A stretch of 64,000 nucleotides of DNA from an uncultured Solirubrobacteraceae bacterium. Lineage in GTDB: Bacteria > Actinomycetota > Thermoleophilia > Solirubrobacterales > Solirubrobacteraceae. The notes beneath the pieces were generated by a model, which was not told the DNA's origin, made no database searches, and saw only the letters and a list, made by a program, of their open reading frames with translations. The position numbers and the translations under genes are program-made. The stretch is from contig CAWJMO010000020.1 in NCBI GenBank assembly GCA_963843865.1, positions 46,553-110,552 of the forward strand, given 5' to 3'. Within the stretch, counting starts at the first letter, position 1, and each line of letters starts with the position of its first letter. This document shows, in pieces, positions 32,905-43,754 of this stretch.

Positions 32905-32930
32905 GTACCCAGACGTCAGACGGTCGAACC
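32905..32930 (-). promoter_or_regulatory. candidate SigB/SigH-type promoter (GGTTC-N15-GGGTAC) upstream of ushX-sigH
   Basis: The minus strand reads GGTTCGACCGTCTGACGTCTGGGTAC. It overlaps the palindrome TGACGT-N6-ACGTCA. The call rests only on resemblance to the GTTT-N14-16-GGGTA consensus. Confidence 0.3.
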
Positions 32931-32965
32931 GTCCGGATCGTGGGTCGTCCTCCGGTCTTCCAGGG

Positions 32966-33227
32966 TCACACGAGAACGTGGTCCACGAAGCACCAACGCC
33001 AGTCCTCACCCGGCTCGAATGTGCGCATGACCGGATGGCCGGAGTCCTTGTGGTGCTCCGTCGCGTGCCGGTTCGGTGAGGAGTCGCAGCAGCCGACATG
33101 GCCGCAGGTGAGGCACAGCCGCAGCTGGACCGGGTGGGTGCCGTCCGCGCAGACACTCCGGGCACGTCTCGCTGAGCGGCCGGGTTCGCGGGTGCGGCAG
33201 CGCGTCGGCGTGCGTGCACTGTTTCAT
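32966..33227 (-). CDS. UBP-type zinc-finger protein (frame breaks)
   Basis: After correction it reads MKQCTHADALPHP..PLSETCPECL..GTHPVQLRLCLTCGHVGCCDSSPNRHATEHHKDSGHPVMRTFEPGEDWRWCFVDHVLV. Confidence 0.6.
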
Positions 33228-33288
33228 GATTGCCAGATTACGACGGGTGTGCGGATGACCGCGCGAAAAACGAGGGCGGGCGAGGACG

Positions 33289-34892
33289 ATGGACGTGATG
33301 CCACTGCTGTTGCTGGTGGCGGGCAGTGCTGCGGTCGCCGCGGCCGGCCCGGCGCACCCCGGTGCCGGCGCCGCTGCTGCTCGTCGCGGTGGGGCTCGCG
33401 GTCTCGTACGTCCCCGGAGTGCCGGACTACACCCTCGACCCGGACATCGTGCTGCCGCTGGTGCTGCCGCCGCTGCTGCACACGGCGGCCGTCGAGAGCT
33501 CGTACCTCGACCTGCGGGCGACGATGCGGCCCGTGGCCCTGCTGTCGGTGGGATACGTGCTCTTCGCGACCTTCGCCGTCGGCTGGGTCGCCTATCTGAT
33601 CGTGCCGGGGCTGCCGCTGACCGCCGCGCTCGTGCTGGGCGCGGTGGTGGCGCCGCCGGACGCGGTCGCGGCGACGGCGGTCGCCCGCCGGGTGGGGCTG
33701 CCCTCCCGGATCACCACGATCCTGCAGGGCGAGTCCCTGGTGAACGACGCGACCGCGATCACCGCCTACCGGGTGGCCGTCGCGGCCGCGGTCGGCGAGG
33801 GCGCCACCTGGGTCGGCGGGATCGGCGAGTTCCTGCTGGCCGCGGTCGGCGGGGTCGTGGTCGGCCTGGTGCTGATGGTGCCGATCCACTGGCTGCGCAC
33901 GCACCTGAAGGAGGCGCTGCTGCAGAACACGCTGTCCCTGCTGATCCCGTTCGTCGCCTACGCGGTCGCCGAGCAGGTGCACGCCTCCGGAGTCCTCGCG
34001 GTCGTCGTCGTCGCCCTCTACCTCGGACACCGCGCGTGGGAGGTCGACTTCGCGACCCGGCTCCAGGAGGAGGCGGTGTGGAAGATGGTCGCGTTCGTCC
34101 TGGAGTCGGCGGTGTTCGCCCTCATCGGACTGCAGCTGCCGATCGTGCTCAAGGGCCTCGGGGAGTACCGAGGGTGTGGACGCCGCCTGGTACGCGGTCG
34201 CCGTCTTCCTCGTGGTCGTCGTCGGCCCGGTTCGTCTGGGTGTACCCGGCGACGTTCCTGCCCCGCATGCTGTCCGCGCGGATCAGGGAACGCGAGGACA
34301 ACCCCACCTGGAGAGGGCCGTTCGTCATCGTCGTGGGCCGGCATGCGGGGCGTGGTCTCGCTGGCCATCGCCTTCTCGATCCCGCTCACGGTGCACGGCG
34401 GTGAGCCCGTTCCCGCAGCGCAACCTGATCCTCTTCCTGACCTTCACGACGGTCATCGGCACCCTGGTCGTGCAGGGCCTCACCCTGCCCCCGCTGATCC
34501 GCCTGCTGAAGCTTCCCCGGCCGGGACGCGCAGGCCGAGACCCTCGCGGAGGCCAACGCCCAGGCGCAGGCCTCCCGGGCCGCCGAGCAGCGCCTGGACG
34601 ACGCTCCTCGCCGACGAGCGCAACGCCCTCCCGCCGCCCCTCGCCGACCGTCTCCGCAGGGTCCTGGAGCGCCGCCGCAACGCCGTCTGGGAGCGTCTCG
34701 GGCAGGTCAACCCGGTCACCGGCGAAACCGTCGACGACACCTACCGCCGGCTGTCCCGGGAGATGATCGGCGCCGAGCGCGCGATGTTCGTGCAGACTGC
34801 GGGACGGCCGCTACATCGACGACGAGATGCTGCGGACACTGCTGCGCAGGCTGGACCTGGAGGAGGCGGCGGCCTACCGGGAGGCGGCGTAG
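33289..34892 (+). CDS. Na+/H+ antiporter (CPA1 family); frame breaks
   Basis: MDVMPLLLLVAGSAAV..., then the long multi-TM 33326 frame (ILQGESLVNDATAITAYRVA). The C-terminal regulatory part is spread over other frames and ends ...RLDLEEAAAYREAA with TAG at 34890-34892. Confidence 0.85.
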
Positions 34893-34917
34893 CCCTGTGC
34901 CGCGCAGGACCGCGGGC

Positions 34918-35815
34918 CTACGGGAAGGGCCGGCCGGTGACCACCGCGGCGACCGTCGTCCCGTGCGGGAAAGCGCCCTCCCGGCCAGGGCGACAAGTCC
35001 GTACAGCAACTTGGCGACATAGAGACGCTCGACCGGCACGCCGTGGCGCTGCTCGAAGTCCTCGGCGAAGGCGTCGAGTTCGGCGGCGGTGCGGGCGTAG
35101 CCGCCGAAGTGGAAGCGGTCGTCGAGCGTCCAGTCGCCGCGCCGGCCGCCGAACGCGCGCTCCTGGAGGCCCGTCCGTGTCGGCGGCCAGGAAGCCGCCC
35201 TTGAGGACGGGTATGCCGAGCGCGCGCTGGCCGGGGGCCAGTCCGGCGGCCAGGCCCGCCAGCGTGCCGCCGGTGCCGCAGGCGATGGCGACGACGTCGG
35301 CCCGCCCGCGCAGCTCCTCGCCCAGGGCCCGGCAGCCGCGTACGGCAGCGGCGTTGCTGCCGCCCTCCGGGACGACGTACGCGTCCTCGGCGCCGGCCGC
35401 GCGCAGCACGCGCGCGAGGGTGTCCGGCTCGGTCTTGCGGCGGTACGTCGACCTGTCGACGAAGTGCAGTCGCATGCCGTCGGCCGCGCACCGGGCCAGG
35501 GAGGGGTTGAGGGGGCGGTCGGCGAGTTCCTGGCCGCGGACCACGCCGACCGTGGGCAGCCCGAGGAGGCGGCCCGCGGCGGCCGTGGCGCGCAGGTGGT
35601 TGGAGTAGGCGCCGCCGAAGGTGACGACGGTGCGGCCGGCCGCGGCGGCGAGGTTCGGGGCGAGCTTGCGCCACTTGTTGCCGATCAGGTCCGGGTGGAT
35701 CAGGTCGTCGCGCTTGAGGAGCAGGCGGACGCCGTGGCGGGTGAAGCGGTCGTCGCGGAGCTCCTGCAGGGCGGGAGCGGGAGGCTGCGGGTGCAGGGAG
35801 GTCGAGGCCGGTCAC
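34918..35815 (-). CDS. ACC deaminase/D-cysteine desulfhydrase family PLP enzyme (frame breaks; start approximate)
   Basis: ...LLKRDDLIHPDLIGNKWRKLAPNL..VVTFGGAYSNHLRATAAAGRLLGLPTVGVVRGQEL... and VVPEGGSNAAAVRGC, ACGTGGTLAGL. Confidence 0.7.
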
Positions 35816-35847
35816 GGCACCATTGTCGCCCGGCTCCGGTGCCACCG

Positions 35848-36439
35848 TCACTTGAGGCGCTCCCGGATCCGCTCCCGCAGCCAGGCCATCGTGAACCCCC
35901 GCGGGATCGACCTTGCCCGGCTGCCACTCCAGGTGGCCGATCACCGACCGTTCCGTCCAGCCGTGGTGGCGGCAGACGGCTGCCGCGGCCTTCTCGATGG
36001 CCTCCAGCTGGGCCGCGGGCCACGGGTCCTTGCCGTCGCCGAGGTTCTCGCACTCGAAGCCGTAGAAGTGGCGGTTGCCGTCGGTGTTCGCCTCGTTGTC
36101 CGGCGGGAGCGCCTTCTCGGCGATCACCGCGCGCAGCACGTCGTCGTCGCCGAGGCCGGCGTGGTTGGCGCGGCCGTAGCCGACGAGGTGGACGCTGCCG
36201 TCCTTGGTGATGACGCCGTGGCACAGCGGTCCGGGAAGGTCGGCGTGGCCGTCGCGGCAGAGCTCCACCGTGTGTTCGCTGCCCTCGGTCACCGTGTGGT
36301 GGATCATCACGCCGTGGACCGGGCCCCAGGGGCCCTTGTGGTTGCGGTTGTGGTGCTTCCAGTCGCCGACCTCGACGACCGTGACGCCTTCCGCCCTGAG
36401 GCCGCTCAGGAAACTGCCCGCGGACATGGGTGAGGCCAT
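35848..36439 (-). CDS. N-acetylmuramoyl-L-alanine amidase (amidase_2/PGRP domain); one frame break near 35.9 kb
   Basis: [84 protein letters not shown] and [12 protein letters not shown]. Confidence 0.8.
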
Positions 36440-36737
36440 GGCCGTCTCCTTCGTGCCGTGCCGACGGCCGCCCGATGCGACCCTCGTAGGGGTGCTTGTA
36501 CCGAAAGTAGAGCGCCGGGTCACACGTGGTACCCACGGGCGAGGCGATCCGGATCCGGCCAGCCCGGAAAGCGTCGGCGAGGGGACGGAGCCCCATGTGT
36601 GCCCCGTCCGGCGAAGATCCAATCCCGCTCTTTCGGGTAATAGCACAGGCACGTTCCGTGATGAAAGGCTGGTCCGCGGAGATCGACGCAGCGGCGCAGA
36701 TCGGCGTCGGCTGTATGAGCGGGAGGGCAATTCTCAT

Positions 36738-38149
36738 ATGTCGGTAGGCGAAGAGGTCCGTACGGAGCAGGGCAAGCCGCAGCAGAGCCTCGGCACGGCA
36801 GCCGCGCGGAACCTGGCCACCACCACCAAGTCCGCGCCCCAGATGCAGGAGATCAGCTCGCGCTGGCTGCTGCGCACGCTGCCGTGGGTGAACGTGCAGG
36901 GCGGTACGTACCGGGTGAACCGGCGGCTGAGCTACGCCGTGGGGGACGGCCGCGTGACGTTCGTGAAGACCGGCGACCGGGTCGAGGTCATCCCCGCGGA
37001 GCTGCGGTGAACTGCCCGCGCTGCGTGACTACGAGGACGACGAGGTGCTCTCGGAGCTCGCCCAGCGCTGCCAGCAGCGGGAGTTCGCCGCCGGGGTCGG
37101 TGATCGCCTCGTTCGGCAGCCAGGCCGACGAGGTCTACCTGCTGGCGCACGGCAGGGTGGAGAAGGTCGGCACCGGCCCGTACGGCGACGACGCGGTCCT
37201 CGGTGTCCTCGCCGACGGCGCCTACTTCGGCGAAGCAGGCGCTGCTCGACCCGGACGCCATCTGGGAGTACACGGCCCGCGCGGTCACCGCGTGCACGGT
37301 GCTCGATCCTGCCCCGCCAGGACGTCGAGCAGGTCGCGGAGCGCGCCGACTCCCTGCGGCGAGCACCTCCGGCAGCTGCGCGCGATTCCCGAGCAGCGCA
37401 CCAACAAGTACGGCGAGAAGGAGATCGACCTCGCCGCAGGCCACAGCGGCGAGCCCGACATCCCGCACACCTTCGTGGACTACGACGCAAGGCCCCGCGA
37501 GTACGAACTGAGCATCGCCCAGACCGTGCTGCGCATCCACTCGCGCGTCGCCGACCTCTACAACCAGCCGATGAACCAGACCGAGCAGCAGCTGCGGCTG
37601 ACGGTCGAGGCGTTGAAGGAGCGCCAGGAGCACGAGCTGGTCAACAACCGCGAGTTCGGCCTGCTGAACAACTGCGAGTACGACCAGCGGCTCCAGCCGC
37701 ACGACGGCGTGCCCAGCCCCGACGACCTGGACGAACTGCTCAGCCGGCGGCGCGGCACCAAGCTGCTGCTCGCCCACCCGCGCGCGATCTCCGCGATCGG
37801 CCGCGAGCTCAACAAGCGCGGGCTCGTCCCGGAGACCATCGACGTGGGCGGCAACCGCATCCCCACCTGGCGCGGGGTGCCGATCTACCCGTGCAACAAG
37901 ATCCCGGTCACCGAGGCCCGCACGACCTCGATCATCGCGATGCGTACCGGCGAGGACGAGCAGGGCGTCATCGGCCTGCAGCAGGCCGGCATCCCGGACG
38001 AGATCGAGCCGAGCCTGTCCGTGCGGTTCATGGGCATCAACGAGCAGGCGATCATCAAGTACCTGGTGACGGCCTACTACTCGGCGGCGGTCCTCGTGCC
38101 GGACGCGCTCGGCGTCCTGGAGAACGTCGAGATCGGCCGCTGGAGGTGA
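36738..38149 (+). CDS. eshB: family 2B encapsulin shell protein with inserted cNMP-binding domain (EshA/EshB type); about three frame breaks
   Basis: [63 protein letters not shown]. cNMP-binding-like [20 protein letters not shown]...GAYFGE. HK97-like C-terminal part ...[74 protein letters not shown]. Position matches my memory of SCO5249. Confidence 0.85.
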
Positions 38150-38263
38150 CGTTCGTGTACCTGGGAGCCGTGTCCCCGCCCACTGCGGCGGGTACACCCC
38201 GGTGCGTATGCGCCCAGCCGCAGCGGAAGCGCCACCGTCCGCGGACTGCCCGGGGGAGATCCC

Positions 38264-39371
38264 ATGACGGACACGACGACGGACATCGACGGAGCGCCGA
38301 CGAACGAGCGCACCCGCGGACGCAGCGAGCCGGGTCTCGACGGGCACGAGGCGTCGGTGATCCTGGAGCGCGGCCCGGGCGTCTGTCGACCCCGAACTGC
38401 GCGCCGCCATCGACTCGCTGCCCGGCTCGATGCGCCGGATCGCGCTCTACCACTTCGGCTGGGAGCACGCGGACGGCACACCGGCGGCGGGCAACGCGGG
38501 CAAGGCGATCCGTCCCGCGCTCGTCCTCACCGCGGCCGCCGCGCTCGGCGGGCGAGCGGCCCGGGAGGCGGCCGTCCGGGCGGCCGCGGCGGTGGAACTG
38601 GTCCACAACTTCACGCTGCTGCACGACGACGTGATGGACCGGGACACCACCCGCAGGCACCGGCCCACCGCATGGACCGTGTTCGGCGACGCCGACGCGA
38701 TCCTGGCCGGGGACGCCCTGCAGGCGCTGGCCCTCGCGGCTGCTCGCCGAGGACCCGCACCCGGCGTCCGCGGCCGGCCGCCGCCCGGCTCGCGGCCTGT
38801 GTCGTCGAGCTGTGCGCGGGCCAGCACGCGGACACGGCGATGGAGCGGCGCGGTCCCGGACGAGGTCACCCTCGACGAGGTGCTCGCCATGGCCGAGGCC
38901 AAGACGGGCGCGCTGCTCGGCTGCGCCTGCGCCCTGGGCGCGCTGTACGCGGGGGCGTCCGCCGAGGAGGTCGAGGCGCTGGACGCGTTCGGCCGCGAGG
39001 CCGGGCTCGCCTTCCAGCTCATCGACGACGTGATCGGCATATGGGGCGATCCGCGGCGCACCGGCAAACCGGCCGGCGCGGACCTCGGCGGCCCGCAAGA
39101 AGTCCCTGCCGGTGGTCGCCGCGCTCACCTCGGGCACCCCGGCGGCCGCGGAACTGGCCGAGCTGTACGAAGTGCCGTACGACGAGGGGGGCGAGCCTGG
39201 AGCGCACGGCGCTCGCCGTCGAGCGGGCGGGCGGGCGGGACTGGGCGCAGGTCCAGGCGGCCGACCGGATGGCCCGCGCGATGCACGAGCTGTCCCGGGC
39301 GGTCGCCGACCCGGAGGACGGCGGGCGGCCTGCTCGCGCTGCCGGAGTTCGTGACACGGCGCAGCAGCTGA
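38264..39371 (+). CDS. trans-polyprenyl diphosphate synthase (GGPP/FPP synthase family), candidate encapsulin cargo; several frame breaks
   Basis: First Asp-rich motif LLHDDVMDRD and second FQLIDDVIGIWGD. About 35-aa polar N-terminal extension MTDTTTDIDGAPTNERTRGRSEPGLDGHE. GGGGAG RBS, 115 nt after the encapsulin stop. Confidence 0.85.
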
Positions 39372-39454
39372 CCGTCGCCCTTGCAGGCCCCGGAGCCCAC
39401 CGGGACGGCCGTGCGGCTCCTGACCCCGCACGGCCGCCGAGGCTCCGGCCCGGC

Positions 39455-39496
39455 GGGTCCCGCACATCCCCACGGTGTGCGGGGCCCGTCTTTTTG
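39455..39496 (+). terminator. rho-independent terminator after the polyprenyl synthase gene
   Basis: GGGTCCCGCACA tcccCACGG TGTGCGGGGCCC followed by GTCTTTTTG. Confidence 0.7.
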
Positions 39497-39624
39497 TGGA
39501 GGCCCGGTTGCCCTCTTCAGCTCGTGTTTACCCGGCCCCCGACTCACCCGGCTCCCTCGCCTCACGGCCCCGTATAGGCTCAACAGCCGTAAGGCCGAGG
39601 TCGGTTGAGGCGAGGGGACGGCAT

Positions 39625-40219
39625 ATGGGCGTGGCGATCCGGGCGGCGGGCGAGGGCGACCGGGAGCTGGTCGTCCGGCTGCTGGACGCAGGCCTTCCAG
39701 GACGATCCGGTCAGCGGCTGGGTCTTTCCCGGGGACGAGTACCGCCGTACGACCCACCACCGGCTGATGGCCGCCTTCACCGACATCGTGCTCGACGAGG
39801 GCCGGATCGACGTCGCCGAGGACGGCAGCGCGTGCGCGTTGTGGCTGTCCGTGCCCGCCGAAGCGCATGACGCCGTCGACGACGGGCCCGCCCAGCTGCG
39901 GGCCGCCGTCGACCCGGAGAACGAACGCGTCGAACTGATCGGCCGGCTCACGGCCCGGATCCACCCCGCCGGCCGTGCCCACGAGTACCTGTGGATGATC
40001 GGCGTGGCACCGGAGCGCCAGGGCGAGGGGATCGGCGGCGCGCTCGTCCAGCACGTCCTCGATCGCTGCGACCGCGAGGGCCTGCCCGCCTATCTGGAGG
40101 CCAGCAGCGCTCGCAGCCGCGTACTGTACGAGCGCCTCGGGTTCGAACTCGCCGGGCGCCCCCTGGAGCTTCCGGACGGCCCGCGGATGTGGCCGATGTG
40201 GCGCGAACCCCGCGGCTGA
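39625..40219 (+). CDS. GNAT family acetyltransferase (one frame break near 39.69 kb)
   Basis: MGVAIRAAGEGDRELVVRLLD, then the 39605-40219 frame: YLWMIGVAPERQGEGIGGALVQHVLDRCDREGLPAYLEASSARSRVLYERLGF. Confidence 0.75.
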
Positions 40220-40579
40220 CCCGGTAGCCCTCCGGTACGACCGTCCAGCTCTCCGGTGCGGGCGTCGCCACGATCCCCTCCACCAGTCCCTCCGGCACCC
40301 CGGCGCCAGGCCGTACACCGCCGTCCAGGACACCTGGCAGGGGCAGATGCCCCAGGACGGGAGAAGGTCGTCGCGGCCCGTGCAGCAGGCGCACAGGGTG
40401 ACCGCGGGCACCCCGGCCGCGGCGTCCACCGCGCGGAACGTCAGTGCGGCTCGGGCGTGCCGAGGTTCGGCAGCGGATTCGCGGTCACCGACTTCGCCCT
40501 GGAGCCGGTGCGCACGTTCGGCGACGGAGTACTCGTCCGTACGTACGCGCGGCGGCGCCGACCGGCCTACGCTGAGGGC

Positions 40580-40771
40580 ATGGACAGCGCAGAACGCGTC
40601 TGTCCGGAGTGCGGACAGCCCGTGGAGACGGTGGTCAAGCGCCACAAGACACTGGGGGCATGGGTGCCGGTATGGGTGTCGGGCCCCTGTCGCAACCCCA
40701 CGTGCGAGGCATACGCCCCCCGGGCCGCCGAGTCCGGCGAGCCCGGGGAGACAGCCGCGAAAAAATCCTGA
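40580..40771 (+). CDS. small zinc-ribbon protein, hypothetical
   Basis: MDSAERVCPECGQPVETVVKRHKTLGAWVPVWVSGPCRNPTCEAY... (CxxC...CxxxxC). Third-position GC favours the plus strand from about 40420, so an upstream GTG at 40457 is a possible alternative start. Confidence 0.4.
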   Translation: MDSAERVCPECGQPVETVVKRHKTLGAWVPVWVSGPCRNPTCEAYAPRAAESGEPGETAAKKS

Positions 40772-40858
40772 GACCCGTGTCGAGAAGCCCGGCCCGGCTC
40801 CGACGTCCCCTGTGAGAGCCGCCCACCACGGGCGGCGCGCAGCCGAAGGAGCGACGTC

Positions 40859-41275
40859 ATGAAGTACCTGGTGATGGTGCAGGGCACGCAGGCGGACTAC
40901 GAGGCGCATGAGCGGCAAGGCCACCGCGCACTCCCCGGCCTGGAGCGAGAAGGACGCTCCAGGCGATGTTCGCCTTCATGGGCGCCTCAACAACGACCTC
41001 GCCGAGACCGGCGAGCTGGTCGACGCGCAGGGCCTGACCGAGCCCGCGAAGACCCGGCTGGTCGGCGCTGGGCGAAGGACGGCAAGGCCGTGATCACCGA
41101 CGGCCCGTACGGCGAGACGAAGGAGCTGCTGGCCGGCTACTGGGTCCTGGACTGCGCGAGCCTGGAGCGGGTCACGGAGATCGCCGACCGCGTCAGCCAG
41201 TGCCCCCAGCCCGCCGGGGCCGCCAACTACCCCGTGGTGATCCGGCCCATCGAGGGCGGCTCCGCGGACGTCTGA
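40859..41275 (+). CDS. YciI/DGPF-family protein (two frame breaks)
   Basis: MKYLVMVQGTQADYEA..., LNNDLAETGELVDAQGLTEPAKTRLV and DGPYGETKELLAGYWVLDCASLERVTEIA. Confidence 0.75.
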   Translation: MKYLVMVQGTQADYEAHERQGHRALPGLEREGRSRRCSPSWAPQQRPRRDRRAGRRAGPDRAREDPAGRRWAKDGKAVITDGPYGETKELLAGYWVLDCASLERVTEIADRVSQCPQPAGAANYPVVIRPIEGGSADV

Positions 41276-41284
41276 GCCAGCCGC

Positions 41285-42521
<1,237 letters not shown>

Positions 42522-42530
42522 CGTGGGCCC

Positions 42531-42778
42531 ATGAACGGTGAGTTGGGGGGAACGCGCCGCCGCACGTGGCGCCGGGCCGTGCTGGTGTGGGCCATCACCG
42601 TGGCCGTCGGCGGAGGGCTCACCCTGTGGCTGCAGGACTCCACGCGGCCGCGGCCACCCGTCGGCTGGGAGCGCGAGAACCCCTCCGAACCGGCCGCCCC
42701 GCTACTGAAGGCCACCGCCTGCCCGATCGACGAGGGAGCCACGGCCTACGCGTGCGGTACGCGTGGCCCACTCCTTGA
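42531..42778 (+). CDS. small single-pass membrane protein, hypothetical
   Basis: MNGELGGTRRRTWRRAVLVWAITVAVGGGLTLWL..., starting 10 nt after the sigma gene. Third-position GC decays after about 42770, so the track ORF end (42974) is probably read-through. Confidence 0.35.
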
Positions 42779-42826
42779 GAGAAGGCCGATGAACCCGGGC
42801 AGGGGGACGCGGTACGGCAGGCGGGT

Positions 42827-43231
42827 TCACCGTTCCATGAACCGCAGCATGTTCCCCGCCGGATCCCGGAAAGCGCAGTCCCGCACCCCGTACGGCATGT
42901 CCGTCGGCTCCTGGATGACCTCCGCGCCCGATGCCGGACCCGGGCGAAGAGGGCGTCGCAGTTTTCGGTCGTGAAGTTGACGCCGCGCAGCATGCCCTTG
43001 GCCAGCAGCGCTCCATCGCCTCCCGGTCGGCGGGGGAAGCGTCGGGGTTCGCCCGGGCGGCTCAAGGACGATCGTCACGTCCGGCTGCAGCGGCGAGCCC
43101 ACGGTCACCCACCGCATTCCCTCGAACTGACGTCGTTGCGGACCTCCAGGCCCAGGACGTCGCGGTAGAAGGCGATCGCCTTGTCGTGATCGTCGACGGC
43201 GATGAAGCAGTTGCTCGAGTTTCAGGTCCAT
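42827..43231 (-). CDS. VOC/glyoxalase family protein (frame breaks)
   Basis: MDLKL..CFIAVDDHDKAIAFYRDVLGLEVRND after correction. MRWVTVGSPLQPDVTIVLEPP and GAEVIQEPTDMPYGVRDCAFRDPAGNMLRFMER. Confidence 0.75.
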   Translation of the reverse strand: MDLKLEQLLHRRRRSRQGDRLLPRRPGPGGPQRRQFEGMRWVTVGSPLQPDVTIVLEPPGRTPTLPPPTGRRWSAAGQGHAARRQLHDRKLRRPLRPGPASGAEVIQEPTDMPYGVRDCAFRDPAGNMLRFMER

Positions 43232-43249
43232 GTCTCCAACCTAAGGTCG

Positions 43250-43655
43250 TTACCGGCGCTCCGCCCGTCGTCGGGCGGGTGTACGTCCGCGCCACACAGG
43301 GCGGGATCACCGCGCTCTCCTCGTGCGAGCGAGCCCGGTAGGAGCTCGGTGTCTCGCCGACCAGCTCGGTGAAGCGGGCGCTGAAGGAGCCGAGCGAGGT
43401 ACAGCCCACCGCCATGCACACCTCCGTCACGGTCATGTCGCCGCGGCGCAGGAGGGCCTTGGCCCGTTCCACGCGGCGGGTCATGAGGTAGCCGTACGGT
43501 GTCTCGCCGTAGGCCTCGCGGAAGCTGCGCTGGAAGTGGCCCGGCGACATGAGCGCGGTGCGTGCGAGGGCCGGGATGTCGAGGGGTTCGGCGTACTCGC
43601 GGTCCATGCGGTCGCGCGCCTTGCGCAGCCGCACCAGATCCTCACGGTTCACCAC
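43250..43655 (-). CDS. AraC-family HTH regulator (3' end approximate)
   Basis: PGHFQRSFREAYGETPYGYLMTRRVERAKALLRRGDMTVTEVCMAVGCTSLGSFSARFTELVGETPSSYR. The track ORF reads through into the glyoxalase gene. A TAA at the complement of 43250-43252 is reachable with one correction. Confidence 0.7.
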
Positions 43656-43754
43656 GTCAGCATCGCACGATCCTCACCGTCCGGGTGCCTGGTTCTGGAG
43701 CGGGCTTTGCCTCACGTTCGCCTGCCGTATGGAAGCGCTTGTTCCCATGAGGCA

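Noticed and set aside
31190-33079. 629-aa plus-strand ORF
   Set aside because: It is antisense to sigH, ushX and the zinc-finger gene, all of which have clear motifs on the minus strand. Composition is typical of a GC-rich shadow frame.
33326-35608. 760-aa plus-strand ORF
   Set aside because: The first ~270 aa are the genuine antiporter frame. After a frame break it continues as read-through, beyond the real stop (34890-34892), into antisense of the PLP enzyme gene.
36440-36737. Possible c-di-AMP (ydaO-type) or other riboswitch in the 298-bp region shared by the amidase and the encapsulin gene
   Set aside because: Cell-wall hydrolase leaders in Streptomyces often carry ydaO elements, so I compared both strands with the consensus as I remember it. 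I found only loose resemblances (GAGCGGGA.., ACGGGGC) and an imperfect long-range pairing (36498-36514 with 36626-36639). That is not enough to call. cmscan with RF00379 would settle it.
39125-40924. 599-aa minus-strand ORF
   Set aside because: It runs antisense to the polyprenyl synthase 3' end, the GNAT gene and the zinc-ribbon ORF. The sequence is Arg/Pro/Gly-rich and low-complexity with no motifs. Only about 40256-40420 shows minus-strand codon bias, and that is reported separately.
43656-43754. PhoP (PHO box) direct repeats upstream of pit
   Set aside because: Only GTTCGCC and GTTCCCA units were found. They are not spaced at 11-nt phasing, which is too weak to annotate.
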